From Gammaproteobacteria bacterium (GTDB taxonomy: Bacteria; Pseudomonadota; Gammaproteobacteria; Eutrophobiales; Eutrophobiaceae), in contig OZ244905.1 of NCBI GenBank assembly GCA_965221695.1, forward strand, positions 992,001 through 1,056,000: a DNA stretch of 64,000 nt. Reading direction: 5' to 3'. The notes beneath the pieces are model-generated. The model worked only from the letters and a program-made list of their open reading frames with translations, did not search any database and was not told the origin of the DNA. Below, one piece after another: positions 32,070 through 42,685 of the stretch (the first letter of the stretch is position 1; each line of letters begins with the position of its first letter). The position numbers and the translations under genes are program-made.

Positions 32070-35000
32070 ATGATACGCATCCTTCCCGGCCCTGCTGCCC
32101 TGTCGCAATTCCGGCTTGACAAGAAGCTGGCGGAACTGTCCCGCATAGTGCCGCAGATCAATGCGCTACAAGCCCGGTTTGTGCATTTTCTGGAGCTAGA
32201 CGCGCCGCTGGACCCGGCAGAAGAGGCGCGCCTCACCGAACTGTTGGCTTACGGCCTGCCGCCGGACACCGATGACGGCAACATCCCTGCTTTTATCGTC
32301 ATTCCCAGACCGGGACTGATCTCGCCCTGGTCCAGCAAGGCCACGGACATCCTGCATCATTGCGGCCTGGCATCTGTCAAACGGGTCGAGCGCGGGATCT
32401 GCTGGTTCGCGCACTACGCGCAAGGTTTCTCACCGGTACCGGAACAACTGCAACAGGTCACGCATTGCCTGCACGACCGGATGACCCAGGCGGTCATCAC
32501 CAATATCAACGACGCCGCGTCCCTGTTTGCCGCACGCAAACCCGGCCTGCTGGCCACCGTCCCGATCAGCACGGACGGCAAAGCGTCATTGCTGGAAGCC
32601 AACTCGGCAATGGGGCTGGCCTTGTCAGCAGCGGAGATCGATTACCTCCATGACGCGTTCCGCGGGTTGGCGCGCGACCCCACGGACGTGGAGCTGATGA
32701 CCTTCGCCCAGGCAAACTCGGAGCATTGCCGCCACAAGATCTTCAATGCCCGCTGGGAGATAGACGGGAAGGCCAAGCAGAAGAGCCTGTTCGGGTTAAT
32801 CAAGGACACCCATGCCGCGCACCCTGGCCGGGTACTCTCCGCGTATTCGGACAATGCCGCAGTCATGCGCGGCTCGCGCGCGGCGCGCTTCTACGCCGCG
32901 CCCGCAGACCACAGGTACCGTTATGTTCAGGAAGATGTCCACATTCTGATGAAGGTGGAAACCCACAACCACCCCACCGCTATCGCGCCGTTTCCTGGCG
33001 CCGCCACCGGTTCCGGCGGCGAGATACGCGACGAAGCCGCGACCGGTAGCGGGGCGAAACCCCGGGCCGGTCTCACCGGCTTCACTGTCTCTAACCTGAA
33101 CATCCCTGACTTGCCACAACCCTGGGAACAGGGTGCGCACAAGCCGGATCACATTGCCTCGGCCCTGGACATCATGCTGGAAGGGCCTATTGGCGCGGCC
33201 TCGTACAACAACGAGTTCGGCCGCCCTGCCCTGACAGGCTATTTTCGGACGTTTGAACAACCCGGCGCCGACCCCGGCAGCACCAGGGGCTATCACAAAC
33301 CCATCATGCTGGCCGGCGGCTACGGTGTAATTCGGCCCGCACATGTAAACAAAAAACCGTTGCCGGACGGCTGCAAAATCGCGGTACTGGGCGGCCCGGC
33401 CATGCTCATAGGACTTGGCGGCGGCGCCGCGTCCTCGATGACCGCAGGGACCAGCAGCCAGGAGCTGGATTTTGCATCGGTACAACGTGACAACGCGGAA
33501 ATCCAGCGCCGTTGCCAGGAGGTCATCGATCAGTGCTGGGCATTGGGCGAGGATAACCCGATATTGTCCATCCACGATGTGGGCGCCGGCGGCCTGTCCA
33601 ACGCATTGCCGGAGCTGGTGCACCAGGGCGGCGCCGGCGCCGTGTTCGACCTGCGTGCGATCCACAGCGCCGACCAGGGCATGTCACCGATGGAGCTGTG
33701 GTGTAATGAAGCCCAGGAACGCTATGTGCTCGCCATCAGCGCGGCGGATACGCAATGCTTCGGCGTCATCTGCGAACGGGAACGGGCGCCCTATGCCGTC
33801 ATCGGCGAGACCAACAACAGCGGGCGGCTGGTTGTCACCGACAAGCTCAACGACGGCAAGCCCGTCGATGTGCCGCTCGACGTGATCCTCGGTAAAACGC
33901 CGGGGCTGTCTTTCAAGACACAAGCTTACGAGAGCGACGAACAACGCCGGAACAAGGCAGGTAAGCATTCTATCCCTGCGCCGACTCCCGACCCGGAGGG
34001 CACAGGTTTGCATTCAGCCTCCGTGCCAGCTCTCGACCCGGAGGGCACAGATTCGCATTCCGCCCCCGTACCGGCTCCCGACCCACAGAGCACAGGTTCG
34101 CATTCCATCCCCGTGCCGACTCCCGACCCGGAGGACATAGGTTCGCATTCCATCCCCGTGCTAACTTCCGACCCGGAGGGCACGGCTTTGCAACATGCCA
34201 CTGGAGCCGGCAACCTGATGATTACCCTGGACGAAGCCATAGCCCGGGTGCTGCAACTGCCGGCGGTGGCCGACAAACGCTTCCTGGTAACCATCGGCGA
34301 CCGCAGTGTCTCCGGCCTGGTGGTACGCGACCAGATGGTCGGCCCCTGGCAGACACCGGTGGCCGATTGCGCGATCACTGCCGCCACATTCGGCGCCCGT
34401 ACCGGCGAGGCCATGGCCTTGGGTGAACGCCCGTCAGTAGCCGTGGATAACGCGCCGGCATCCGGGCGGCTGGCCGTATCCGAGGCCCTGACCAACCTCT
34501 GCGCCAGCCGCATCCTGCGGTTGGAGGATGTGGCCTTGTCGGCAAATTGGATGGCGGACGCCGTTACTGCGGCAGAGCGGTCAGCGTTGTATGCGACCGT
34601 GGAAGCAGTCTCGGCGCTGGCGCAGCAGTTGCGCATCCCGATACCGGTAGGCAAGGATTCCATGTCCATGAGCGTGGCCTGGCAGGACCGCGGCCGGGAG
34701 AAACGGGTCAGCGCGCCGGTGTCGCTGAATATCACCGCGTTTGCCCCCGTAGCGGACACTGGCAAGACCCTCACGCCGCAGTTACGGCAGATGGAGGACT
34801 CCGTATTGCTGCTCATCGACCTGGGCATCGGAAAAAACCGCCTGGGTGGCTCGGCGCTGGCACAGGTGATGCAGCAAACCGGCCATGCCACACCGGACCT
34901 GGACGATCCGGCCTTGTTGGCAGCCTGTTTCAGCGGCGTGCAGTTACTGAATGAAACCGGTTATCTGCTCGCGTACCACGACCGTTCAGACGGCGGCGTG

Positions 35001-36218
35001 TTCGTGACCCTGTGTGAAATGGCGTTTGCCGGCCGTTGCGGCCTGGACATTGACGTGGAAGATGATGACCTGGCGGCCTTCCTGCTCAATGAAGAACCCG
35101 GAGTCGCACTGCAGGTGCGCGCGGAACACTTGCAGACAGTGCGGGAAACGCTGTTGCGGTCAGGTCTGCCCGAAGCCTGTCTAATCACGGTTGCGCACCC
35201 GAACGGGGAGAAAAAAATACGCATCAGCCAGAGGGGCGCACCGGTATACGCGGCCGGTCTCGACCAACTGCACCGGCTCTGGTCACTCACCAGTTACCAC
35301 ATGCAGACATTACGCGATAACCCAACCTGTGCCGCCGAAGAATTTGCCGCACTACAGGACATGACCGATCCGGGCCTGTCAATCATGTATCGCCACCCCG
35401 GACTCCAGGTTGAACCTGCCCCGGGGTCCAGCAAGCCGGGGTCAGGAATGCCGGCAGACAAGCCCGCCATCGGAATTCTGCGGGAACAGGGTGTCAACGG
35501 CCATGTGGAGATGGCGGCCGCTTTCGACCGGGCAGGTTTCGAGTGCATCGATATCAATATGAATGACCTGCTGAGCCGCTCTGCGTCACTGGCCAACCTG
35601 TCCGGCCTGGTGGCCTGTGGCGGTTTTTCCTACGGCGATGTCCTGGGCGCCGGCGGCGGCTGGGCCAAATCCATCCTTTACAACGATTATCTGAGGAACG
35701 AGTTCGAACGCTTCTTCAACCGTCCCGACAGCTTCGCCCTAGGCGTCTGCAACGGCTGCCAGATGCTATCCCGGCTGCGCGCCATCATCCCCGGCGCCGA
35801 CGGCTGGCCGGATTTCGGACGCAACCGCTCAGAACAGTTCGAATCCAGGGTGGTGATGGTCGAGATTACCGAGTCGCCCTCACTGTTTTTTCGCGGCATG
35901 GCCGGCTCAAGACTGCCCATCGTCGTGGCCCATGGAGAAGGCCAGGCACTGTTCAACAGCGCCGGGCAACCGCCCCTGGGCGCCATGCGCTTCGTGGACA
36001 ACCGGGGAACGGTGACGGAAACCTATCCGTACAACCCCAACGGCTCGGCACAGGGACTGACCGGGTTCACCAGCACGGACGGACGCTTTACCATCATGAT
36101 GCCGCACCCGGAACGGGTATTCCTGGCGCAACAAGTATCCTGGATCGAGCACGATCATCCCGGCGCAGATAGCCCCTGGATGCAAATGTTCCATAATGCC
36201 CGGCAATGGCTCGGCTAA
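32070..36218 (+). CDS. purL: FGAM synthase (large PurL) with repeat-containing insertions
   Basis: NSEHCRHKIF, ETHNHPT, HDVGAGG, GVCNGCQ, MMPHPER; 1382 aa. Confidence 0.97.
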   Translation: MIRILPGPAALSQFRLDKKLAELSRIVPQINALQARFVHFLELDAPLDPAEEARLTELLAYGLPPDTDDGNIPAFIVIPRPGLISPWSSKATDILHHCGLASVKRVERGICWFAHYAQGFSPVPEQLQQVTHCLHDRMTQAVITNINDAASLFAARKPGLLATVPISTDGKASLLEANSAMGLALSAAEIDYLHDAFRGLARDPTDVELMTFAQANSEHCRHKIFNARWEIDGKAKQKSLFGLIKDTHAAHPGRVLSAYSDNAAVMRGSRAARFYAAPADHRYRYVQEDVHILMKVETHNHPTAIAPFPGAATGSGGEIRDEAATGSGAKPRAGLTGFTVSNLNIPDLPQPWEQGAHKPDHIASALDIMLEGPIGAASYNNEFGRPALTGYFRTFEQPGADPGSTRGYHKPIMLAGGYGVIRPAHVNKKPLPDGCKIAVLGGPAMLIGLGGGAASSMTAGTSSQELDFASVQRDNAEIQRRCQEVIDQCWALGEDNPILSIHDVGAGGLSNALPELVHQGGAGAVFDLRAIHSADQGMSPMELWCNEAQERYVLAISAADTQCFGVICERERAPYAVIGETNNSGRLVVTDKLNDGKPVDVPLDVILGKTPGLSFKTQAYESDEQRRNKAGKHSIPAPTPDPEGTGLHSASVPALDPEGTDSHSAPVPAPDPQSTGSHSIPVPTPDPEDIGSHSIPVLTSDPEGTALQHATGAGNLMITLDEAIARVLQLPAVADKRFLVTIGDRSVSGLVVRDQMVGPWQTPVADCAITAATFGARTGEAMALGERPSVAVDNAPASGRLAVSEALTNLCASRILRLEDVALSANWMADAVTAAERSALYATVEAVSALAQQLRIPIPVGKDSMSMSVAWQDRGREKRVSAPVSLNITAFAPVADTGKTLTPQLRQMEDSVLLLIDLGIGKNRLGGSALAQVMQQTGHATPDLDDPALLAACFSGVQLLNETGYLLAYHDRSDGGVFVTLCEMAFAGRCGLDIDVEDDDLAAFLLNEEPGVALQVRAEHLQTVRETLLRSGLPEACLITVAHPNGEKKIRISQRGAPVYAAGLDQLHRLWSLTSYHMQTLRDNPTCAAEEFAALQDMTDPGLSIMYRHPGLQVEPAPGSSKPGSGMPADKPAIGILREQGVNGHVEMAAAFDRAGFECIDINMNDLLSRSASLANLSGLVACGGFSYGDVLGAGGGWAKSILYNDYLRNEFERFFNRPDSFALGVCNGCQMLSRLRAIIPGADGWPDFGRNRSEQFESRVVMVEITESPSLFFRGMAGSRLPIVVAHGEGQALFNSAGQPPLGAMRFVDNRGTVTETYPYNPNGSAQGLTGFTSTDGRFTIMMPHPERVFLAQQVSWIEHDHPGADSPWMQMFHNARQWLG
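33966..34190 (+). repeat. Five in-frame 45-bp tandem repeats inside purL
   Basis: Units start at 33966, 34011, 34056, 34101, 34146, encoding HSIPAPTPDPEGTGL-like 15-mers. Confidence 0.92.
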
Positions 36219-36237
36219 CCCGTGTATACTCACACAT

Positions 36238-36264
36238 GAACTCTAATTCGTATCCGTTGTCCAT
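36238..36264 (+). promoter_or_regulatory. Possible ECF (sigmaE-like) promoter for msrPQ
   Basis: GAACTC-N16-TCCAT. Confidence 0.3.
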
Positions 36265-36292
36265 ACATTGAATACTGCACGAGATAACACCT

Positions 36293-37240
<948 letters not shown>

Positions 37241-37258
37241 CGCGGATTCCTTACCGGA

Positions 37259-37858
37259 ATGAACTCTCCCTGGTCAAAGCCGGCGCTGTTCCTGCTCTGC
37301 ATGCTGCCGTTCTGCGCGCTGGTGTATAACGGTTTTACCGATAACCTGACCGCGAACCCGATCAAGGAGATCACCCATTTCACCGGGGAATGGGCGCTGC
37401 GCTTCCTGCTCATTACATTGTCGATCACCCCGCTGCGAAAAATCACCCGCAAGAACGCGCTGATCCGATTCCGCAGGATGCTCGGCCTGTTCGCGTTTTT
37501 CTACGCCTGCCTGCACTTCTCCACCTACCTGGTACTGGACCAGTTCTTCGACTGGAACGAGATCATCCTGGACGTGGCGAAACGGCCTTATATCACCGTC
37601 GGTTTCAGCGCTTTTGTGCTGCTCATCCCGCTGGCGCTGACGTCCACGAACAAAATGGCGCAACGGCTGGGAAACAACTGGCGGCGGCTGCATTCCCTAA
37701 TCTATCCGATTGCGATCCTGGTCATCCTCCATTACCTGTGGCTGGTCAAGGCGGATATCCTGCCGCCACTCATCTACGGCCTCATCCTGTGCCTGCTGCT
37801 GGTCCTGCGGTGGCCGGGTCTCAAACTGGGGAATAAGCCGGCGTTGCGGCACACATAA
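37259..37858 (+). CDS. msrQ: Heme-binding membrane subunit MsrQ
   Basis: TGEWAL, RRMLGL, KRPYITVG, WRRLHSLIY. Confidence 0.95.
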   Translation: MNSPWSKPALFLLCMLPFCALVYNGFTDNLTANPIKEITHFTGEWALRFLLITLSITPLRKITRKNALIRFRRMLGLFAFFYACLHFSTYLVLDQFFDWNEIILDVAKRPYITVGFSAFVLLIPLALTSTNKMAQRLGNNWRRLHSLIYPIAILVILHYLWLVKADILPPLIYGLILCLLLVLRWPGLKLGNKPALRHT

Positions 37859-37868
37859 TGGGATTGGG

Positions 37869-38423
37869 ATGATGAGGGGGAAAAAACCGGTATACGAACG
37901 CGATGAAACCGACCTGTTCCGGCGCTCGGTCGGCGAGGTCACGCCGGTCAGACAGGACAAAGTTCATCCACAAGCAAAAAAACCGGCGCCGATCGCGACC
38001 CAAAGGCTCGCCGATGAGGCCGCAGTCATCAAGGAAATGGCCGAAGGCTTTTTCGACACCGAAGCGATGGAAACCGGGGATGAACTGTTGTACAAAAAGC
38101 AAGGTATCCAGGACAAGGTGTTCAGGAAGCTGCGCCGGGGCCAATTTGCCATCAGCGCGGAACTGGACCTGCATGGATACACCGTACAACATGCGAAGGA
38201 CTGCCTGTCAGAGTTTCTCAAGCAATGCATTATCCGCAACCAACGCTGCGTGCGCATCATCCACGGCAAAGGCCTGCGCTCAAGACAAGGCAGACCGACC
38301 ATCAAGAGCCGCATCGGCAAATGGCTGCAACAGCGACAGGAAGTGCTTGCCTACTGCTCCGCCCGCCAGGTAGACGGCGGAACCGGCGCCATCTACGTGC
38401 TGCTGAAGAATTCCCAAAGATAG
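37869..38423 (+). CDS. Smr/MutS2 C-terminal domain endonuclease
   Basis: LDLHG, IIHGKG, DGGTGA. Confidence 0.9.
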   Translation: MMRGKKPVYERDETDLFRRSVGEVTPVRQDKVHPQAKKPAPIATQRLADEAAVIKEMAEGFFDTEAMETGDELLYKKQGIQDKVFRKLRRGQFAISAELDLHGYTVQHAKDCLSEFLKQCIIRNQRCVRIIHGKGLRSRQGRPTIKSRIGKWLQQRQEVLAYCSARQVDGGTGAIYVLLKNSQR

Positions 38424-38604
38424 TCAAATCATCCGGTGCACCTTGAGCCAATCACGCAAGGCATAATTAAAATAAATTATCAAGGTTTTTATCTCCATTT
38501 TTATCTCCTTTATTCCAAACGTGATAAACTGGCAGCAACAGTCGCGGACAATTGATTTTCAGCAGCCTGTTCCGTGGGAAGTTTCACCGTATTGAGAAAG
38601 CGTT

Positions 38605-40722
38605 ATGGGCAAACAGAACGAAACCGGTAACACAGTACGCACTATTTGCCGTTCCTGCGGTCACGGTGGTTGCGGTGTCTATGCCGTTGTCGATGAAGGC
38701 AGGGTCACAAAGTTCCTGCCGGACAAGGAGCATCCGGTCAGCAAGGGCTATACCTGCAAGAAAGCCCATGGTTTCCTGGACCTGCAATACCATCCTGATC
38801 GCCTGTTATACCCGAAGAAGCGGGTCGGCGCCCGCGGCGAGGGCAAGTGGGAGCGTATCTCCTGGGACGAGGCGCTGACCATGCTGGCCGACAGGATGAA
38901 CCGGTTCAAGGCGGAATCCGGCGCCGAATCCGTGGTTCTAGGGCATGGCACGGGTCGGGACTTTCACCGCTTTGTCTACCGCGTCGCCAATCTCTTCGGC
39001 ACCCCGAATGTGCTCACGCCCGGACACATGTGCTACCTGCCGCGCATCGCAATCTCCAAGCTCATGGGCATGGAGATACCGATGGTGGATTACGACAACC
39101 GGCCCAAGTGCGTGATTTCCTGGGGGGCGAACCACCTCGTTTCCAATGCCGATGAAAACAAGGGCATCAACCTGGCACATACGCTGACAGGTGGCGCCAG
39201 ACATATCATCATCGATCCGCGCCGGACAAAACTCGTGGATCGTGCGGATCTCTGGCTGCAACTGCGTCCGGCAACGGACTCTGCGCTGGCCATGGGCATG
39301 ATGAAAGTCATCATCGACGAGGACCTCTACGATAAGGAGTTCGTGGAAAAATACACCACCGGCTTCGACAAGCTCGTTGAACGCTTGCAGCAATTCCCGC
39401 TGGACCGGGTGGAAAAGATCACCTGGGTGCCAAAGGAAAAGATCGCCGAAGCTGCGCGCATCTACGCCACCACCAAGCCCGCGGCGCTGCAATGGGGCGT
39501 GGGTGTGGAACAGAACATCAATTGCGTGGATGCGGATCGAGCGCTCATCTACCTGGTAGCGCTGACCGGCAACCTGGATGTGCCGGGGGGCAACGTGATT
39601 TTCGGATTACCTCCGGGGTTGACGCGGGCCGAGTTCTCCCTGTTTCACAAGCTGCCGCCCGAACAGAAGGCCAAGCTGCTGGGTGGGGACAAATACAAGC
39701 TTGGCGCCAGTATCAACCGCATTACCCCGCATGTAGTCTGGGACGCGATTGAACATGCGGATCCCTACCAGGTCAGGGCGCTGGTGGTGTTTGCCAGTAA
39801 CCAGCTTAATGCCCGTGAAAATTCCCGGCGTGTCTACGATATTCTGAAGAACAAGCTCGAATTCTTTGCCGCCTGCGATGTGTTTCCTACCCCAACGACG
39901 GAACTCGCCGACCTGGTGTTGCCGGCGGCAACCTGGCTTGAAAATGACAATATCGCCGATTACTGGAAGGTGCACGGCTATGTTTTCCCGCGCAACATGG
40001 CGGTGGAACCGGAAGGGGAAGCCCGCTCCGACCATATGATCCTCAATGAGCTGGGAAAGAAACTCGGCTTCCAAGAGTACTTCTGGGAGGACTACTACGG
40101 TTCCCTGGACCATATCCTTGAACCCATCGGACTGGACTGGGAGCGATTCAAGGACATGCCGTACCTGCAAACAGAACCGAAATTCCGCAAGTATGAGACA
40201 GAGGGATTCAAGTCAAAATCGGGCAAGCTCGACTTTTACCTGGAACAATACGAACAGTGGGGATACGACCCGCTGCCCGGTTATATCGAGCCGCCCGAAA
40301 GTCCCGAACGGGAACCGGAGTTTGTCGAGAAATATCCGCTGGTGCTGATTACCGGCGCCCGCATCTTCAATTTCTTTGGTTCGGAACACCGGCAATCTGA
40401 ATACCTGAGAAAATCGCATCCGGACCCGCTGGTGGAGATACACCCCGACACAGCCAGGGAACGCGGCATTGAAGACGGCGACTGGGTAACCATCGAGTCA
40501 CCCCGGGGCAAGGTACGCTTTCGCGCCAGGCTCACCGAAGGCATCGATCCGCGCGTGGTAAGCGCAGAATTCGGTTGGTGGTTTCCGGAAAAAGACAGGA
40601 CGAACGGCGAAGAACAACTCAGCGCCAATATCAATGTCCTCACCAACGACGCCGGCCCCCTGGACCCGGGCATGGGCGCCACCAACCTGAAAGGCCTGAT
40701 GTGCAACATAACTGCCCACTGA
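38605..40722 (+). CDS. Mo/W-bisPGD oxidoreductase, acetylene-hydratase-like family, cytoplasmic
   Basis: CRSCGHGGC...C Fe-S motif, HPDRLLYPKKRVGARGEGKWERISWDEAL, FGTPN..HMC, ADLVLPAATWLE, C-terminal molybdopterin-dinucleotide-binding domain; no Tat signal. Confidence 0.85.
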   Translation: MGKQNETGNTVRTICRSCGHGGCGVYAVVDEGRVTKFLPDKEHPVSKGYTCKKAHGFLDLQYHPDRLLYPKKRVGARGEGKWERISWDEALTMLADRMNRFKAESGAESVVLGHGTGRDFHRFVYRVANLFGTPNVLTPGHMCYLPRIAISKLMGMEIPMVDYDNRPKCVISWGANHLVSNADENKGINLAHTLTGGARHIIIDPRRTKLVDRADLWLQLRPATDSALAMGMMKVIIDEDLYDKEFVEKYTTGFDKLVERLQQFPLDRVEKITWVPKEKIAEAARIYATTKPAALQWGVGVEQNINCVDADRALIYLVALTGNLDVPGGNVIFGLPPGLTRAEFSLFHKLPPEQKAKLLGGDKYKLGASINRITPHVVWDAIEHADPYQVRALVVFASNQLNARENSRRVYDILKNKLEFFAACDVFPTPTTELADLVLPAATWLENDNIADYWKVHGYVFPRNMAVEPEGEARSDHMILNELGKKLGFQEYFWEDYYGSLDHILEPIGLDWERFKDMPYLQTEPKFRKYETEGFKSKSGKLDFYLEQYEQWGYDPLPGYIEPPESPEREPEFVEKYPLVLITGARIFNFFGSEHRQSEYLRKSHPDPLVEIHPDTARERGIEDGDWVTIESPRGKVRFRARLTEGIDPRVVSAEFGWWFPEKDRTNGEEQLSANINVLTNDAGPLDPGMGATNLKGLMCNITAH

Positions 40723-40743
40723 CTTTTACTTTAGCCGTGTGAA

Positions 40744-42000
40744 ATGAAAGTCCTGATCACCGGTGGCGGTGTGGGTGGCCTGACAGCAGCGCTCAGCCTG
40801 CAACGGGTGGGCATGGACGTGAAGGTATTTGAGAGTGTCAGGGAAATCGCGCCGCTGGGTGTGGGCATCAATATTCTGCCCCACGCGAGCCGGGAATTGC
40901 TCGCACTGGGCCTGCAGGACGAACTCGACCATTTTGCTATACGCACCCGCGCGATGAGTTATTTCACCCGACGCGGCAAGGCAGTTATCAGCTATCCCTG
41001 CGGCGAATATGCCGGTTATCACTGGCCGCAGTACTCATTACACCGCGGTGAATTCCAGATGATGTTGCTGCGCGTGCTGAGATCCCGCGCAGGAGACGGC
41101 AGTGTGATGACCGGCCATCGCCTGGTCGATTTCGATCAGGATGGCGCAGGTGTTGTCGCACGCTTTGCCGGCCCCGGCTCCGATGATGTGATTCACGAGG
41201 AAAAAGGCGACATGCTGATCGGCGCTGACGGGCTGCATTCTACGGTGCGCAAGCAGCTTTACCCAGGAGAGGGTTCGCCGGTATTCTGCGGAATGATCTG
41301 CTTTCGGGGCGCGCTGGAAGGCGCGCCGTACCTCGATGGTCAAACCATGGTCGTCTGCGGTGATCAGCGTCAGACACTCGTCTCCTACCCGCTTTCAGCG
41401 CAATTACGCAAACAGGGCAAAAGCCTGAACAACTGGATCGCCGCGATTGCATTTGAGACCGACGAACCGCAGGAAGAAGACTGGAACAAGCAAACCACTG
41501 CGGACAACCTGCTGCAACTATACCGGGAGTGGGACTTCGACTGGCTGAATATCCCCGAACTCATCGCATCAACGGAGCAGATTTTTGAATTTCCGGTTTA
41601 CGACCGTGATCCCCTCGAACAGTGGACATTCGGCCGAGTCACCTTGCTGGGTGACGCCGCGCATCCGCTGATCCCGGTGAGCTCCAGTGGCGCGGTGCAT
41701 GCCATCATCGACGGGCGGGCGCTGGCCTATGCGATTGCCGGACACGACGATGCTGAGCAAGGACTGAAAGCCTACGAAGCCGACCGCCTGCCAAAAGCAA
41801 ACAGGGTGGTTCTGGCCAGCCGGCAGAACGGTCCCGACGAGGTCCTGGAAATCGTCCGACGAGAGTGCCCCGAGGATGCAGAGAATGTCCATGACTATGT
41901 AGAAAAAGCGCGTTTACAAGCAGTAATCGACGCATTCAAGCAGCGAACCGGTTTTGCAGTCGACACGCTCAACAACCAGCCGTCTTATAATCCCAGATAG
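40744..42000 (+). CDS. Class A FAD-dependent monooxygenase
   Basis: GGGVGG, PLGVGINILPHA, GADGLHS, DRDPL, LLGDAAHP. Confidence 0.88.
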   Translation: MKVLITGGGVGGLTAALSLQRVGMDVKVFESVREIAPLGVGINILPHASRELLALGLQDELDHFAIRTRAMSYFTRRGKAVISYPCGEYAGYHWPQYSLHRGEFQMMLLRVLRSRAGDGSVMTGHRLVDFDQDGAGVVARFAGPGSDDVIHEEKGDMLIGADGLHSTVRKQLYPGEGSPVFCGMICFRGALEGAPYLDGQTMVVCGDQRQTLVSYPLSAQLRKQGKSLNNWIAAIAFETDEPQEEDWNKQTTADNLLQLYREWDFDWLNIPELIASTEQIFEFPVYDRDPLEQWTFGRVTLLGDAAHPLIPVSSSGAVHAIIDGRALAYAIAGHDDAEQGLKAYEADRLPKANRVVLASRQNGPDEVLEIVRRECPEDAENVHDYVEKARLQAVIDAFKQRTGFAVDTLNNQPSYNPR

Positions 42001-42075
42001 CTGTCTACTAGGTGAAATGAAAACTTCTATTGAAGATTATCTTGGCGCTCGATACAGATTGTGTCTTTGTTCTGT

Positions 42076-42348
42076 TCACTCATCGAACAGGTCGGTGTGT
42101 CTGCCCGTTCGTTCAAAACGTACTTCGTTGCCGTCAATCTTGTATATCAGCAACCAATCCGACTCGATGTGAGCATCCCGGAAGCTGCGCCACGGCCCCT
42201 TAAGCGGATGGTCTTTGTAATGCGGGGGCAAGAGCTTTTCATCGATCAACAGACGCATTAACTCTTTGATCTTCTCAGTGTCCTTGCCACGTTTTCAGAC
42301 TACTTTCAGGTCGCGTTTAAACTGGCCAGAATAGACCGGGGTGCGCAT
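42076..42348 (-). pseudogene. yafQ: YafQ/RelE-family toxin with in-frame TGA at codon 18
   Basis: MRTPVYSGQFKRDLKVV*KRGKD...KDHPLKG..HIESDWLLIY..RTGRHTDLF; TGA at 42295-42297. Confidence 0.85.
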
Positions 42349-42608
42349 CAAATACCCAAGTCTTGAAACAGGGCTTCGGCGTCTTCAGCACGATGTAGTT
42401 CCTCGCCGCGCTCGCTCTTGGCAAGGGTTTCGGCGGTTAGATGGTTGGGCGCTCGCATTTCAAACGGCAAGCCTTGTTCGCTCACTACCTTGGTCAATCC
42501 AATACGAACGAAATCGGACACGGTAAGACCCATAGTCGCCAATATCGCGACGGCCTCCTTTTTCAAGCGCTCATCAACTCGAGCGCGTACAACCTCAGTT
42601 GCTGCCAT
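42348..42608 (-). CDS. dinJ: RelB/DinJ antitoxin
   Basis: VVRARVDERLKKEA..MGLTVSD..LPFE..PNHLT. Confidence 0.9.
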   Translation of the reverse strand: MAATEVVRARVDERLKKEAVAILATMGLTVSDFVRIGLTKVVSEQGLPFEMRAPNHLTAETLAKSERGEELHRAEDAEALFQDLGI

Positions 42609-42638
42609 GTATCATTCTCCTGTTTAGTTGCTTTATTC

Positions 42639-42670
42639 TGATAATGTAGCCCAAATGAGCTATATTATCA
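42639..42670. promoter_or_regulatory. Palindromic operator of dinJ-yafQ
   Basis: TGATAATGTAGC-N8-GCTATATTATCA. Confidence 0.65.
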
Positions 42671-42685
42671 AGCTGCTTCCCTTCT

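Noticed and set aside
33966-34190. PurL insertion as an intein or CRISPR array
   Set aside because: No intein splice-junction motifs (N-terminal Cys/Ser, C-terminal His-Asn); units are contiguous without unique spacers.
38461-38510. TTTTTATCTCC direct repeat and AT palindrome upstream of the Mo enzyme
   Set aside because: Possible regulator site, but low complexity and no regulator nearby; not enough support to call.
42295-42297. TGA as selenocysteine or an alternative genetic code
   Set aside because: Not a Cys position in YafQ, and TGA terminates many genes in this window.
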